The notes below the pieces were generated by a model, which saw only the letters and a program-made list of their open reading frames with translations, was not told the origin of the DNA and searched no databases. DNA of 64,000 nt from Callorhinchus milii. Lineage: Eukaryota. Positions 63,626-64,000 of this stretch are shown in pieces. The stretch's first letter is position 1; every line of letters starts with the position of its first letter. The position numbers and the translations under genes were made by a program. The stretch spans positions 13,890,001 to 13,954,000 of the forward strand of contig NW_024704743.1 in assembly GCF_018977255.1 (NCBI RefSeq). The letters run 5' to 3'.

Positions 63626-64000
63626 GACATTTTTTTTTAAGGTTCACGGTTCTCAGGATTGCAGAATAGGAAGGGAAATCCTGTAAGGTACCTTAATTTA
63701 AAAAAAAGACATTTTAAACTGATATAATCACATGACACATCTGGATCCAGCTGAAAAGCTGAGCTGCAGAGCCTCACAATTCTTACAGAATATTCCCTCT
63801 GTACTCGGTCAGGTTTTTAAGACATGAAGTACTCACAAAATAAGTCAAAGGGATTGTGCAGTTTATGTATATGTACTCTCTGACCTCATGCTTTTGCCCC
63901 CTTTATAAATTGTGACTATAAGAACACCAAGCATGTTCCCTATTCAACTTAATTGTCACATAATCCTAAAAGTTATAAATAAAGGAAATGAATGTCTCAC

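Overview
Vertebrate nuclear DNA, most likely a cartilaginous fish. This is inferred from the repeat landscape: CR1 and L2 LINE remnants, Deu-domain tRNA-SINEs and Penelope remnants. Two protein-coding genes lie in tandem on the minus strand. (1) The 3' half of GOLGA4 (golgin-245/p230) comprises a giant ~4.2 kb coiled-coil exon (59683-55486), eight further internal exons including a 30-nt microexon and the GRIP-domain exons, a stop-containing cassette exon (YASSHSGIF*), a last exon (TWLV*) and a ~0.5 kb 3'UTR. (2) About 11 kb downstream lie the first three exons of ITGA9 (integrin alpha-9; 17502-17327, 15226-15099, 6721-6615), the same gene order as in human. All exons were called by hand from GT-AG sites, and their phases chain correctly, except that the giant GOLGA4 exon is one base short (frameshift at ~58082-58085, probably an assembly error). 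The rest is intronic or intergenic sequence rich in retroelement fragments and GC-skewed tandem repeats, two of which bracket ITGA9 exon 1. I do not see a clearly novel coding system. The most interesting items are the GOLGA4 frameshift, the conserved alternative GRIP C-termini, the microexon, degenerate Penelope hammerhead motifs, inverted repeat pairs around exons and two repeat families I cannot name. Comparisons with human proteins and repeat consensi are from memory, not database searches; repeat boundaries are approximate.
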